Shown: piece by piece, positions 47,301 through 59,300 of the stretch
Layout of the letters: every line of letters begins with the position of its first letter
How positions within the stretch are numbered: position 1 is the stretch's first letter
Source of the DNA: Macrostomum hystrix
Lineage: Eukaryota > Animalia > Platyhelminthes
NCBI GenBank assembly: GCA_950097015.1
Contig: CATNEN010000025.1
Span: forward strand, 9,238,001 to 9,302,000
Reading direction: 5' to 3'
Length of the DNA stretch: 64,000 nt
Translations under genes and position numbers: made by a program
Notes under the pieces: generated by a model
The model's input: only the letters and a program-made list of their open reading frames with translations
The model's database searches: none
Told to the model about the DNA's origin: nothing

Positions 47301-50300
47301 AGTTGGGGAGGTGAGCGGTGAGGGTGTTTAGAGGCGTGCTGTGGGCTAGCAGGAGTTGGGGAGGTGAGCGGTGAGGGTGTTTAGAGGCGTGCTGTGGGCT
47401 AGCAGGAGTTGGGGAGGTGAGGGGTGACGGTGTTTAGAGGCGTGCTGTGGGCTAGCAGGAGTTGGGGAGGTGAGCGGTGAGGGTGTTTAGAGGCGTGCTG
47501 TGGGCTAGCAGGAGTTGGGGAGGTGAGGGGTGACGGTGTTTAGAGGCGTGCTGTGGGCTAGCAGGAGTTGGGGAGGTGAGCGGTGAGGGTGTTTAGTGGC
47601 TGCTGTGGCTCGCAAATTTGGGGAGTGAGTGGTGTTTAGTACACCAAAGGCGCCATGCGCCAATCTGTTCCAGTGAACGGCCGCTGGAGCAGCTGGGAGG
47701 GCTGGGAGAGCTGCGAGGGCAAGTGCGGCAGCGCCATCCGCAATCGCAATCGGACCTGCACGAATCCGCGCCCGCTCGGCGGCCTCGGCTGCGATGGCGA
47801 CGGCTTCCAGGAGGCCGTCTGCCCGGGCCTGTCGCCCTGCCCAGGTAAATAGACCCAGGACGCTTGTTGCTGATCAGTTTAACGTCGGGTGTCCCGGGAG
47901 GGTCACGACTCCGCGACAATTTTGAGTGGCTATAGGTGTAAAAATCAAATGACCCGCTGTAGAATTCAGCGCCCGCCTCACCTAAAGTTCCCCTGATACC
48001 TTTCGATTGACGCTCAGAGGCACACAACTTTGCGTACTTGAATCACAAGATTATTTTGTTTTGTTTCTGCAACATAACCTAAGAGGTGGAGTGTTTTTAT
48101 TTTTCTGCGCTCAGACAGTTGCTAATTTTTGCCAAATCATTCAACAGATCACTATTTTTGCTGTGGAGTTTACCTACTTTGTTTAATTGACGCGCTCAAC
48201 GCTATCCCAGCTCACGGAGGCTTTTTTGCGCTGAATACCCTTTCCTAGAAATTCGTGTTGTTCGACTTTTTAATGACGAAAAAGGTAGCCAGTCAAAATG
48301 CTCAATTATATTAGCCACGAAAATTCTGAGCTCAACATAGCTCGTATCTACGAGTATAACTGCTTCATAGCATGTCTTAGATAGAACAATTACACTTGTA
48401 TGTTTTGATCAGACGATTAGAATCTATAAATTTTCCTTACAATTACTTTAAGTAACTATTTTTCTGCGTGCATGAAATATGCATAAGGTAAAAATAAATC
48501 CCTAAGCCAGGTAGACAGACAGGATTTGATAAGCAACAAAAATATTTGCCACCACGAAGTTCACATCCTCAAAAATAATAATCACTGCGTGACGCACAAA
48601 CGGTTGCTACTAGCAACCGAAACAAACCATGCAAACACGTTTTGTTGACTTCATTTATTTTGGTTGAAAATAATTATTTTGTGTGCTGTGAAAGCATAGT
48701 TTCTTCGCTTCCATTCAATACACCGGCCAAAACTGATGCGAAAATTCTAATTTCAGTTTATAACTTTCAGAAAAGCATTTAAGATGTAGTACGTTGAAAA
48801 CGGATGCCAACACTACAGAAGTTTAAGCTTTGTTTGACAGTTTAAACTGTTTACCACTATTTGCGATGCTGATTAGTAAGCAAGTATTTTTAGGAAGAAA
48901 TGACAATGCGATCAAAACGAGCAGGTTTTCGATTAGATTAGAGATCAAGTCCAGGTGGATTTTTTAGAGTACCACTAGAGTACCGCTGATTAGCTAAATT
49001 CAGAATCGCCATTGGCTGAGTAGGTTAATATCATTGCCAAAGAAGGAATCACGATTTTGTGAGGAAGAGAATCCAAGTTGTTTGAAGATGGGCAATCCCT
49101 AGTGTCTGAGGTGGGGAATCCAAAGTGCCTAAAGATGGGCAATCCTTAGTGTCTGAGGTGGGGAATCCAAAGTGCCTAAAGATGGGCAATCCCTAGTGTC
49201 TGAGGTGGGGAATCCAAAGTGCCTAAAGATGGGCAATCCTTAGTGTCTGAGGTGGGGAATCCAAAGTGCCTAAAGATGGGCAATCCCTAGTGTCTGAGGT
49301 GGGGAATCCAAAGTGCCTAAAGATGGGCAATCCCTAGTGTCTGAGGTGGGGAATCCAAAGTGCCTAAAGATGGGCAATCCCTAGTGTCTGAGGTGGGGAA
49401 TCCAAAGTGCCTAAAGATGGGCAATCCCTAGTGTCTGAGGTGGGGAATCCAAATTGTTTGAAGATGGGCAATCCCTAGTGTCTGAGGTGGGGAATCCAAA
49501 GTGCCTAAAGATGGGCAATCCCTAGTGCCTGAGGTGGGGAATCCAAAGTGCCTAAAGATGGGCAATCCCTAGTGCCTGAGGTGGGGAATCCAAAGTGCCT
49601 AAAGATGGGCAATCCCTAGTGCCTGAGGTGGGGAAAATAAAAGTGCCTAAAGATGGGCAATCCCTAGTGTCTGAGGTGGGGAATCCAAAGTGCCTAAAGA
49701 TGGGCAATCCCTAGTGTCTGAGATGGGGAATCCAAAGAGCCTAAAGATGGGCAATCCCTAGTGCCTGAGATGGGGAATCCAAAGTGCCTAAAGTTGGGCA
49801 ATCCCTAGTGTCTGAGGTGGGGAATCCAAATTGTTTGAAGATGGGCAATCCCTAGTGTCTGAGGTGGGGAATCCAAAGTGCCTAAAGATGGGCAATCCTT
49901 AGTGTCTGAGGTGGGGAATCCAAAGTGCCTAAAGTTGGGCAATCCCTAGTGTCTGAGGTGGGGAATCCAAAGTGCCTAAAGATGGGCAATCCCTAGTGCC
50001 TGAGGTGGGGAATCCAAAGTGCCTAAAGATGGGCAATCCCTAGTGCCTGAGGTGGGGAATCCAAAGTGCCTAAAGATGGGCAATCCCTAGTGTCTGAGGT
50101 GGGGAATCCAAAGTGCCTAAAGATTGGGCAATCCCTAGTGTCTGAGGTGGGGAATCCAAAGTGCCTAAAGATGGGCAATCCCTAGTGTCTGAGGTGGGGA
50201 ATCCAAAGTGCCTAAAGTTGGGCAATCCCTAGTGTCTGAGGTGGGGAATCCAAAGTGCCTAAAGATGGGCAATCCCTAGTGCCTGAGGTGGGGAATCCAA

Positions 50301-53300
50301 AGTGCCTAAAGATGGGCAATCCCTAGTGCCTGAGGTGGGGAATCCAAAGTGCCTAAAGATGGGCAATCCCTAGTGTCTGAGGTGGGGAATCCAAAGTGCC
50401 TAAAGTTGGGCAATCCCTAGTGTCTGAGGTGGGGAATCCAAAGTGCCTAAAGATGGGCAATCCCTAGTGTCTGAGGTGGGGAATCCAAAGTGCCTAAAGA
50501 TGGGCAATCCCTAGTGCCTGAGGTGGGGAATCCAAAGTGCCTAAAGATGGGCAATCCCTAGTGCCTGAGGTGGGGAATCCAAAGTGCCTAAAGATGGGCA
50601 ATCCCTAGTGCCTGAGGTGGGGAAAATAAAAGTGCCTAAAGATGGGCAATCCCTAGTGTCTGAGGTGGGGAATCCAAAGTGCCTAAAGATGGGCAATCCC
50701 TAGTGTCTGAGGTGGGGAATATAAAGTGCCTAAAGATGGGCAATCCCTAGTGCCTGAGGTGGGGAATCCAAAGTGCCTAAAGATGGGCAATCCCTAGTGC
50801 CTGAGGTGGGGAATATAAAGTGCCTAAAGATGGGCAATCCCTAGTGTCTGAGGTGGGGAATCCAAAGAGCCTAAAGATGGGCAATCCCTAGTGTCTGAGG
50901 TGGGGAATCCAAAGAGCCTAAAGATGGGCAATCCCTAGTGTCTGAGGTGGGGAATCCAAAGTGCCTAAAGATGGGCAATCCCTAGTGCCTGAGGTGGGGA
51001 ATCCAAAGTGCCTAAAGATGGGCAATCCCTAGTGCCTGAGGTGGGGAAAATAAAGTGCCTAAAGATGGGCAATCCCTAGTGTCTGAGGTGGGGAATCCAA
51101 AGAGCCTAAAGTTGGGCAATCGTTAGTGTCTGAGGTGGGGAATCCAAAGAGCCTAAAGTTGGGCAATCGTTAGTGTCTAAGGTGGGGAATCCAAAGTGCC
51201 TAAAGATGGGCAATCCCTAGTGCCTGAGGTGGGGAATCCAAAGTGCCTAAAGATGGGCAATCCCTAGTGTCTGAGGTGGGGAATCCAAAGTGCCTAAAGA
51301 TGGGCAATCCCTAGTGTCTGAGGTGGGGAATCCAAAGTGCCTAAAGATGGGCAATCCCTAGTGTCTGAGGTGGGGAATCCAAATTGTTTGAAGATGGGCA
51401 ATCCCTAGTGTCTGAGGTGGGGAATCCAAAGTGCCTAAAGATGGGCAATCCCTAGTGCCTGAGGTGGGGAATCCAAAGTGCCTAAAGATGGGCAATCCCT
51501 AGTGTCTGAGGTGGGGAATCCAAAGTGCCTAAAGATGGGCAATCCCTAGTGTCTGAGGTGGGGAATCCAAAGTGCCTAAAGATGGGCAATCCCTAGTGCC
51601 TGATGTGGGGAATCCAAAGAGCCTAAAGATGGGCAATCCCTAGTGTCTGAGGTGGGGAATCCAAAGTGCCTAAAGATGGGCAATCCCTAGTGTCTGAGGT
51701 GGGGAATCCAAATTGCCTAAAGATGGGCAATCTCTAGTGTCTGAGGTGGGGAATCCAAAGAGCCTAAAGATGGGCAATCCCTAGTGTCTGAGGTGGGGAA
51801 TCCAAAGAGCCTAAAGATGGGCAATCCCTAGTGTCTGAGGTGGGGAATCCAAAGTGCCTAAAGATGGGCAATCCCTAGTGTCTGAGGTGGGGAATCCAAA
51901 GAGCCTAAAGTTGGGCAATCCCTAGTGTCTGAGGTGGGGAATCCAAAGAGCCTAAAGATGGGCAATCCCTAGTGTCTGAGGTGGGGAATCCAAAGTGCCT
52001 AAAGATGGGCAATCCCTAGTGTCTGAGGTGGGGAATCCAAAGAGCCTAAAGATGGGCAATCCCTAGTGTCTGAGGTGGGGAATCCAAAGTGCCTAAAGAT
52101 GGGCAATCCCTAGTGTCTGAGGTGGGGAATCCAAAGTGCCTAAAGATGGGCAATCCCTAGTGTCTGAGGTGGGGAATCCAAAGAGCCTAAAGATGGGCAA
52201 TCCCTAGTGTCTGAGGTGGGGAATCCAAAGAGCCTAAAGATGGGCAATCCCTAGTGTCTGAGGTGGGGAATCCAAAGTGCCTAAAGATGGGCAATCCCTA
52301 GTGCCTGATGTGGGGAATCCAAAGAGCCTAAAGATGGGCAATCCCTAGTGTCTGAGGTGGGGAATCCAAAGAGCCTAAAGATGGGCAATCCCTAGTGTCT
52401 GAGGTGGGGAATCCAAAGAGCCTACAGTTGGGCAATCCCTAGTGTCTGAGGTGGGGAATCCAAAGAGCCTAAAGTTGGGCAATCCCTAGTGTCTGAGGTG
52501 GGGAATCCAAAGAGCCTAAAGATGGGCAATCTCTAGTGTCTGAGGTGGGGAATCCAAAGAGCCTAAAGTTGGGCAATCCCTAGTGTCTGAGGAGGGGAAT
52601 CCAAAGAGCCTAAAGTTGGGCAATCCCTAGTGTCTGAGGAGGGGAAATACCCATTGTCAGAGAATGGAAATCCATAGTGCCTAAGGATGAGAATCCGTAG
52701 TGGCTAAGGATTTTAATCCCTAGTGTCTGAGGAGGAACCCTTAGCCTTCGCAGAGGGGAATCCGTAGTGCCTGAGATAAGGAATCCCTAGTGTCTGAGGA
52801 GGAACCCTTAGCCTTCGCAGAGGGGAATCCGTAGTGCCTGAGAATAGGAATCCCTAGTGTCTGAGGAGGAACCCTTAGCCTTCGCAGAAGGGAATCCGTA
52901 GTGCCTGAGAATAGGAATCCCTAGTGTCTGAGGAGGAACCCTTAGCCTTCGCAGAGGGGAATCCGTAGTGCCTGAGAATAGGGTCTCAAGTGCCTCAAGA
53001 CGCGATCTTCTACTGATGTGAGACTCAAGTGAACGGTTTTTTTAAATCTTGCTAAAATCAACAGATGCCATTCCACACCAAAGCCGACTTCCTATTTCAG
53101 TCGACGGCACCTGGACCTCCTGGTTGCCCTGGCAGGCGTGCAGTGTCCTTTGCGGCGGTGGCACTCGGAGCAGACGGCGCAGCTGCACACCGCCTCAGTT
53201 CGGCGGTGCTGACTGTGTCGGGCTGAATTCGGAGACTGATACCTGCAACTCGGATCCATGTCCGAGTGAGTTCTGGGAAATTTTTATTGAGACACCCGTG

Positions 53301-56300
53301 AGTTGACTCCTGTGAGCTCTCTAGTGACACCAGTGAGTTCTGTAGTGACACCAGTGAGTTCTGTAGTGACACCAGTGAGTTCTGTAGTGACACCAGTGAG
53401 TTCTCTAGTGACACCAGTGAGTTCTCTTGTGACACCTGGGAGTTCTCTATTGACACCTGTGAGTTCGTTAATGACTCTAATAAGTTGTCTAGTGTCTAAT
53501 GTGAGTTGTCTAGTGTCTATTGTGAGTTGTCAAGTGTCTATTGTGAGTTGTCAAGTGTCTATTGTGAGTTGTCAAGTGTCTATTGTGAGTTGTCAAGTGT
53601 CTTTTGTGAGTTGTCAAGTGTCTCTTGTGAGTTGTCAAGTGTCTATTGTGAGTTGTCAAGTGTCTATTGTGAGTTGTCAAGTGTCTATTGTGAGTTGTCA
53701 AGTGTCTATTGTGAGTTGTCAAGTGTCTAATGTGAGTTGTCAAGTGTCTAATGTGAGTTGTCAAGTGTCTATTGTCAGTTGTCAAGTGTCTATTGTGAGT
53801 TGTCTAGTGTCTATTGTGAGTTGTCTAGTGTCTATTGTGAGTTGTCAAGTGTCTATTGTGAGTTGTGAGCTCTCTATTGATAATAATTAATAATTGGAAT
53901 ATTTTTATTTCAGTTTGTCATTTAATATTTTGATTTTCTAACCATACTCTAACCTCAGACCACTCGGCCTTGTGTCAGTCACAATTCTCCTGGTCTTGGA
54001 GGCCCACAAACCTACAATTTCGTACAAACTTACCTTTTAACTTCGCATTCAAACGGTACCAATGAGAGCTGCACAAGTTTAGCTATAGAATTCAGAGCAT
54101 GTCATGATTTTACAAGCATTAGAAATGCTACACAAGAGTATATGGATCAAAAGTCAGTCAACAATGCGACGAACGAGGAGCATCTCGAGGCAAGGATAAA
54201 AAATAAGAAGACTTAAGATATTCGCCGACGCCGCAGCAAGAATGCGTCCTAAAATAAAATGACGTCGTCACTTCGGCAGCCAATCAGAATTCGGATTAGA
54301 ACAAATGTGCGTTTGCATCGACGGTTGGCCAATCAAAAACATTTCCTATAAATCATCACGAGAGATTGTTCGCCACCGAATTCCTCTTGTTTTATTTCCA
54401 ATGATCTAAATGCTTTCCTCGTCACTTTTCGGCAGACAATGCTCATAATTGTACATTGTAATAGACTTAAATCATTTCGAAGATGCATGCACTCGGAAGA
54501 GAGCAGGTCCCGAGTTCGATTCATGAATGTTCGGCAAAGCACTGTTCGCAGTGTCAGAAGGAAATATTTCATTGGCTCAATTTACTTAGAGCTCTCCAAT
54601 AAATCACTCAGTTTTCCTTCGTTTCACATTTCAGCGAATTTGTTTGTTTATTTTATTAGTATTTTTTTATTTGACTCATTGGATTTTTTCTGGAAAAGCA
54701 ATAAACCCAGTTGGCGAACACAGTACAGCTGTTTATTAATTAATATTTGCCGGAGGGCTGCGGGCAATGGCACATCATGGTGACACTTGACCCGCAGCCC
54801 GTGAGGAGGCAATTCTGCCCATTTCGCTGACTCCTGAGCACACACGCACACAGATACTGTACGCAGACACGCTCACACAGGTGTGTACATCTGCCCTGAC
54901 TTTCTAATCGTCAGGCAGTGTACAGTTTCACTATGCCTTGGAGGTTGGTCCTTAAGGACGTAAATTGCACGACAAGCCCCCAAGCCTTCTCTCCGCGGCT
55001 GCGCCCCAAATGAATGCGGCGGAATCGAACTTATGTAGCCTTGGTGCGAGAGACAAAAGAGACCACTCTGCCACCCACCCCTATGTACAACTGCTAACTA
55101 GCTATGTTAGAATCTGTTTTACAGCTGGTTGAAGTGCAGCAATAAGGAAATATCTTGCCTAAGGATACAAGTTTATCCTGTGCTTAGCTTCAATTTTCAC
55201 TGAGATCATGCTTTCAAATCGTGTACAAAACAGTGGTTGTTGGCAACTGAGGTGCTAATCCACAATTCCCGCTCCCATCAGTCGATGGCTACTATCTGCC
55301 CTGGTCAGACTGGGCCGCATGCAGTGTTACATGCAACGGCGGCCAGCAGACTCGAACCCGGGACTGCGTTCCGCCGGCCAATGCCGGCAAGCCGTGCGTC
55401 GGCGCCGCCAGCGAGACCCAGGCCTGCGCGCAACGTGGCTGCCCCAGTGAGCAGAATGACCGTTTTGGGAGTTTTCATCATTAACAATGGTGTTTTCTGT
55501 GCGGTGCAAACTCACTGGAAACAAATGAGTTTATTGCAGTGGGACACAATGATGCGAGTTATGGTGATGCTGAAATGAAGCCACTACACCAGCGATCACT
55601 TGTGCCTTTTAGATAGATAACAATAAACGATAAAATTTGCGCATAGGCCAGTTGTGTCCCGTTCTGCCTGTTCTGTCCGTGGACACACAGTGGTGAGTGC
55701 AGAGCGGTCTAACGCGTTTGCCTCTCTACGCCAAGGTCCCTGAGCTCGATTCCGCGGCGAGGCCACATTTATTTGGGGTGCAGCCGCGGAGAGAAGGCTT
55801 GGGGGCTTGTCGTGCAATTTACGTACTTAAGGGCCAACCTCCAAGGTACAGTGCAAGTGTACACTGCCTGACGATGAGAAAGTCAGAGCAGATGTACACA
55901 CCTGTGTGAGCGTGTGCCGGCGAGTCAGCGAGTCAGCGGAATGGGCAGAATTGCCTAATCGCTGGCTGCAGGTCTACTGTCACGAAACGATGTGCCATTG
56001 ACTGCAGCCCTCCTGCAATTATTATTAAGAGATACTGGTACCCATTCAACAACTGGATGAACTGAAGCAATGCGAGTTAGTTTTCTTGCTCAAGGACACA
56101 AATTATCTCCATTGGGGTGAGATTCGAACTCGCGACCTTGAGGAAAGTAATCGTTGAACGGAAAGATACAGACATGGTAACTATCAACACAAGTCCTATA
56201 GTAAATGCCTAGAACGGGGCAGGTCAACTGCGCAGTAAGATCGCAATGCGCTTCGTATTTCAATCTAACACTCGCGTTTCACTTGAAATTCCATCAACCA

Positions 56301-59300
56301 GTTGACGGCGCCTGGAGCTCCTGGTCGGCCTGGAGCGGCTGCAATGCCACGTGCGGCGGTGGCCTGTCAGTTAGAATCCGACTGTGCGACAACCCTGCCC
56401 CGGTCAATGACGGCTCGAGCTGTCCCGGCTCCGGCCTGGACCTGCTAGGTCTGCAATGCCGCCAGCTGTCCCGGTTTGTGGTCAACCGCTGCGGCGCCGA
56501 GCCTTCGGGTCGATTTATCGATAGAATCTAATCGATCGATTGCAAAAACAATACATCTTCTACTCATCTCGCACTAGATCGATAGATCCTTCCTAAGCAC
56601 ATATAGTTAGGCTAGCTTACGGAATGTAGGTGCTGCTAATGAAAAGGTCCGGGTGCAATAGTCTCAAAATGAAAATCTAAACACTGCAGTGCCCAGAAAA
56701 ACTTTCTTCCTCTAGCCCCTAACTTTTCGTTCACGAAGAGGTTTTTAATCCCGATTTGCCTCGGAATTCGATTTCACGGTGCTTATCTATTCCTTGGCCT
56801 CACAGAATTGTACCGACCACCCCAACCTATGACTTGAAATCCAATATTCTAAGCGCATATATCTGATATATATCAGAGCTCACGCACTCTTTCGCTCACA
56901 GTCGACGGTATTCTCACCAACTGGACGGCCTTCTCAAACTGTTCGGCCTCCTGTAGCGGCGGCAGCCAGTCGCGTCAACGCTCCTGCATCGGTCCATTCT
57001 ATGGAGGTGCGCCGTGCTCCGCGAGCCTGCTGGAGACAATCGACTGCAACACGCATCCGTGTCCAGGTGAGACGTCTTACTTAGTGAATTAAAACTAGCC
57101 GATTTCGAAACACAAGCTAATTCAAATGGCTGGTAAACAGTCTCTGTTGAGTATTTCCTCGGTGCAAAAACATCCCTCTCCAGTTGACGGCCAGTGGAGT
57201 GCCTGGACCAGCTGGACAGCCTGCAGTGTCACCTGCGGCGGTGGCAGCAAGCATCGAAGCCGCCAGTGCAACAACCCCAACCCGGCTTACGGTGGCAACA
57301 ACTGCAGCGGCTTAGCGAATGAGACGCAGGCCTGTTCTATAGAGAATTGTCCAGGTGCGATGGACTGACGGAAATAATCTAAATATTTTGCTTAGATTGA
57401 CGAATCAACAACTATGACGTCGCTTTCTCTCTGTACAGTTGATGGCTACTTCAAAGACTGGACAGGCTGGTCCACCTGCACCCGGACCTGCGGCGGCGGT
57501 AGTCACACTAGAACCCGCGAGTGCGTGCCACCGAAGTATGGCGGCCTGAACTGCAGCGGAGAGTCTGCGCAGTCGGAGGTCTGCATGTCGCAGGCTTGCC
57601 CCAGTGAGACGGCTGTTGATGTGACGTTCGCGGTGTTAGGGGAGTGGGGCTTCGTTATTCTAAAGCTGTAATGGCAATGCCAGTATAACACGAGTAAATT
57701 TCAGTATAATAACCCCCAGTTTGGAACTTAGGAACTTGTTTACAGTCAACTTCGTAAACTTTTCCGAGCTCTAAATCGTCATTTTATACTCGTAAACCAA
57801 CAAGCGCTGCACCCAAAAAATATTTTTTTATAGAAAAAGTTTCAGCATGTTTTCAGACAAATGCGAGTTTTTGTTTTATTTAATTGCAAAGTACACAAAT
57901 GCAAGACAACAGTTCAGCATTTTAGAAGTTAGAATTTCTTCTCAGAAGCAGTACGTCGTGAGTTCACTATTTCAATAAACGACGCCTGGGGGTAAGTTTT
58001 TGTTAAGACCCGATTCAATGCTGATGCAGCTTATCAATCTAAACGTCACATTTTATTGACTTTTCTTGACACTTTCCTTCGAAATCTTGCAAACAATATA
58101 TGGCCTTTGAGACTATTGCACCATCCATAGAATTTTAGAGTTACGAGTAAAATGTACGAGCCGATCGTATTTTATAATCGAAATCCAGTAGATCCACTAG
58201 TCACTAAAATTAACTAGCTTGGTGTGATTTTTATAATCACGCGACCTTATTGCAGTAATTTTTTCTAGCCTAGAAAACACGTAGCTGTTGATGTGAGATG
58301 TGTGCGTGATGTAAGTGGGTTGATGTGATCTAATCATGCAGCTCTTATACCCGCAAATGCTGATGAAGCATTATTTCCCAATTTTAATTTAGAAAAAGCT
58401 AAAGATCTCTGTGAATTGGTCAGCACCCGCAGTCAACTGCCAGCTGTCGGCCTGGTCCGCGTGGTCCACCTGTCCAGTCACCTGCGGCGGCGGCTCCTCG
58501 CGTAGTCGGAGCCGCAACGTGGCGATCGCTGCAGCCAATGGCGGCCTGGACTGCGCCGCCAGCGACAAGCAGGAGGTTGAGGCGTGCGGTTCTGGCGACT
58601 GTGGCGGTGAGAGGCAGATTACTACCTGCAGGCTTAATAAATTACCATCTATAAATAGAAAATTATTAAATATTTACGGGGGCTGTAGGCACTAGTAAAT
58701 TAGTAAAATTAGCAAATATTGGCGACAGTCGAGCCGCAGCCATCGAGGAGGCAATCCAACTGCCGATTCCCCTGACCCCTGAGAAAACAAACGCGCACGG
58801 ATACGTAACGGAGGTGTTTACATTTGCTCTGATTTTGTATATCGTCAGGCAGTGTACACCCTCTCATGGACTTGGATAGAAACTGCACGACACCCAAGCC
58901 TTCTCTGCCTGGCTGCTTCCGTTGCAACATTTTGCGACTGTGATTTTTAAACTTCTTCTTTTATAAAGCATTTCGAAACTCGTGAAAGCAAACATAACAA
59001 TCAGAATCTAATTGCTTTATTCCGTAATTTATATTTAATAGCCTGGTCTATTACTCAATTAATAAATCCTGTTCAACAGTACCAGGTCAATGGACCGATT
59101 GGGGCACGTGGAGCCCCTGCAGCAGCACCTGCGGTGGAGGCCAGAGGCGACGCGAGCGCAGCTGCATAGGTCAGGACCCCAGCCGAAATATGTTGCCATG
59201 CCCAACAAATCTGACTGGCAGTGAAATGATTGCCACCTGTCACGAGTTTCCATGCTTGCCTAAGCGTGAGTGAAGCTGGTCTGCGCTTGTGGAATACCTG

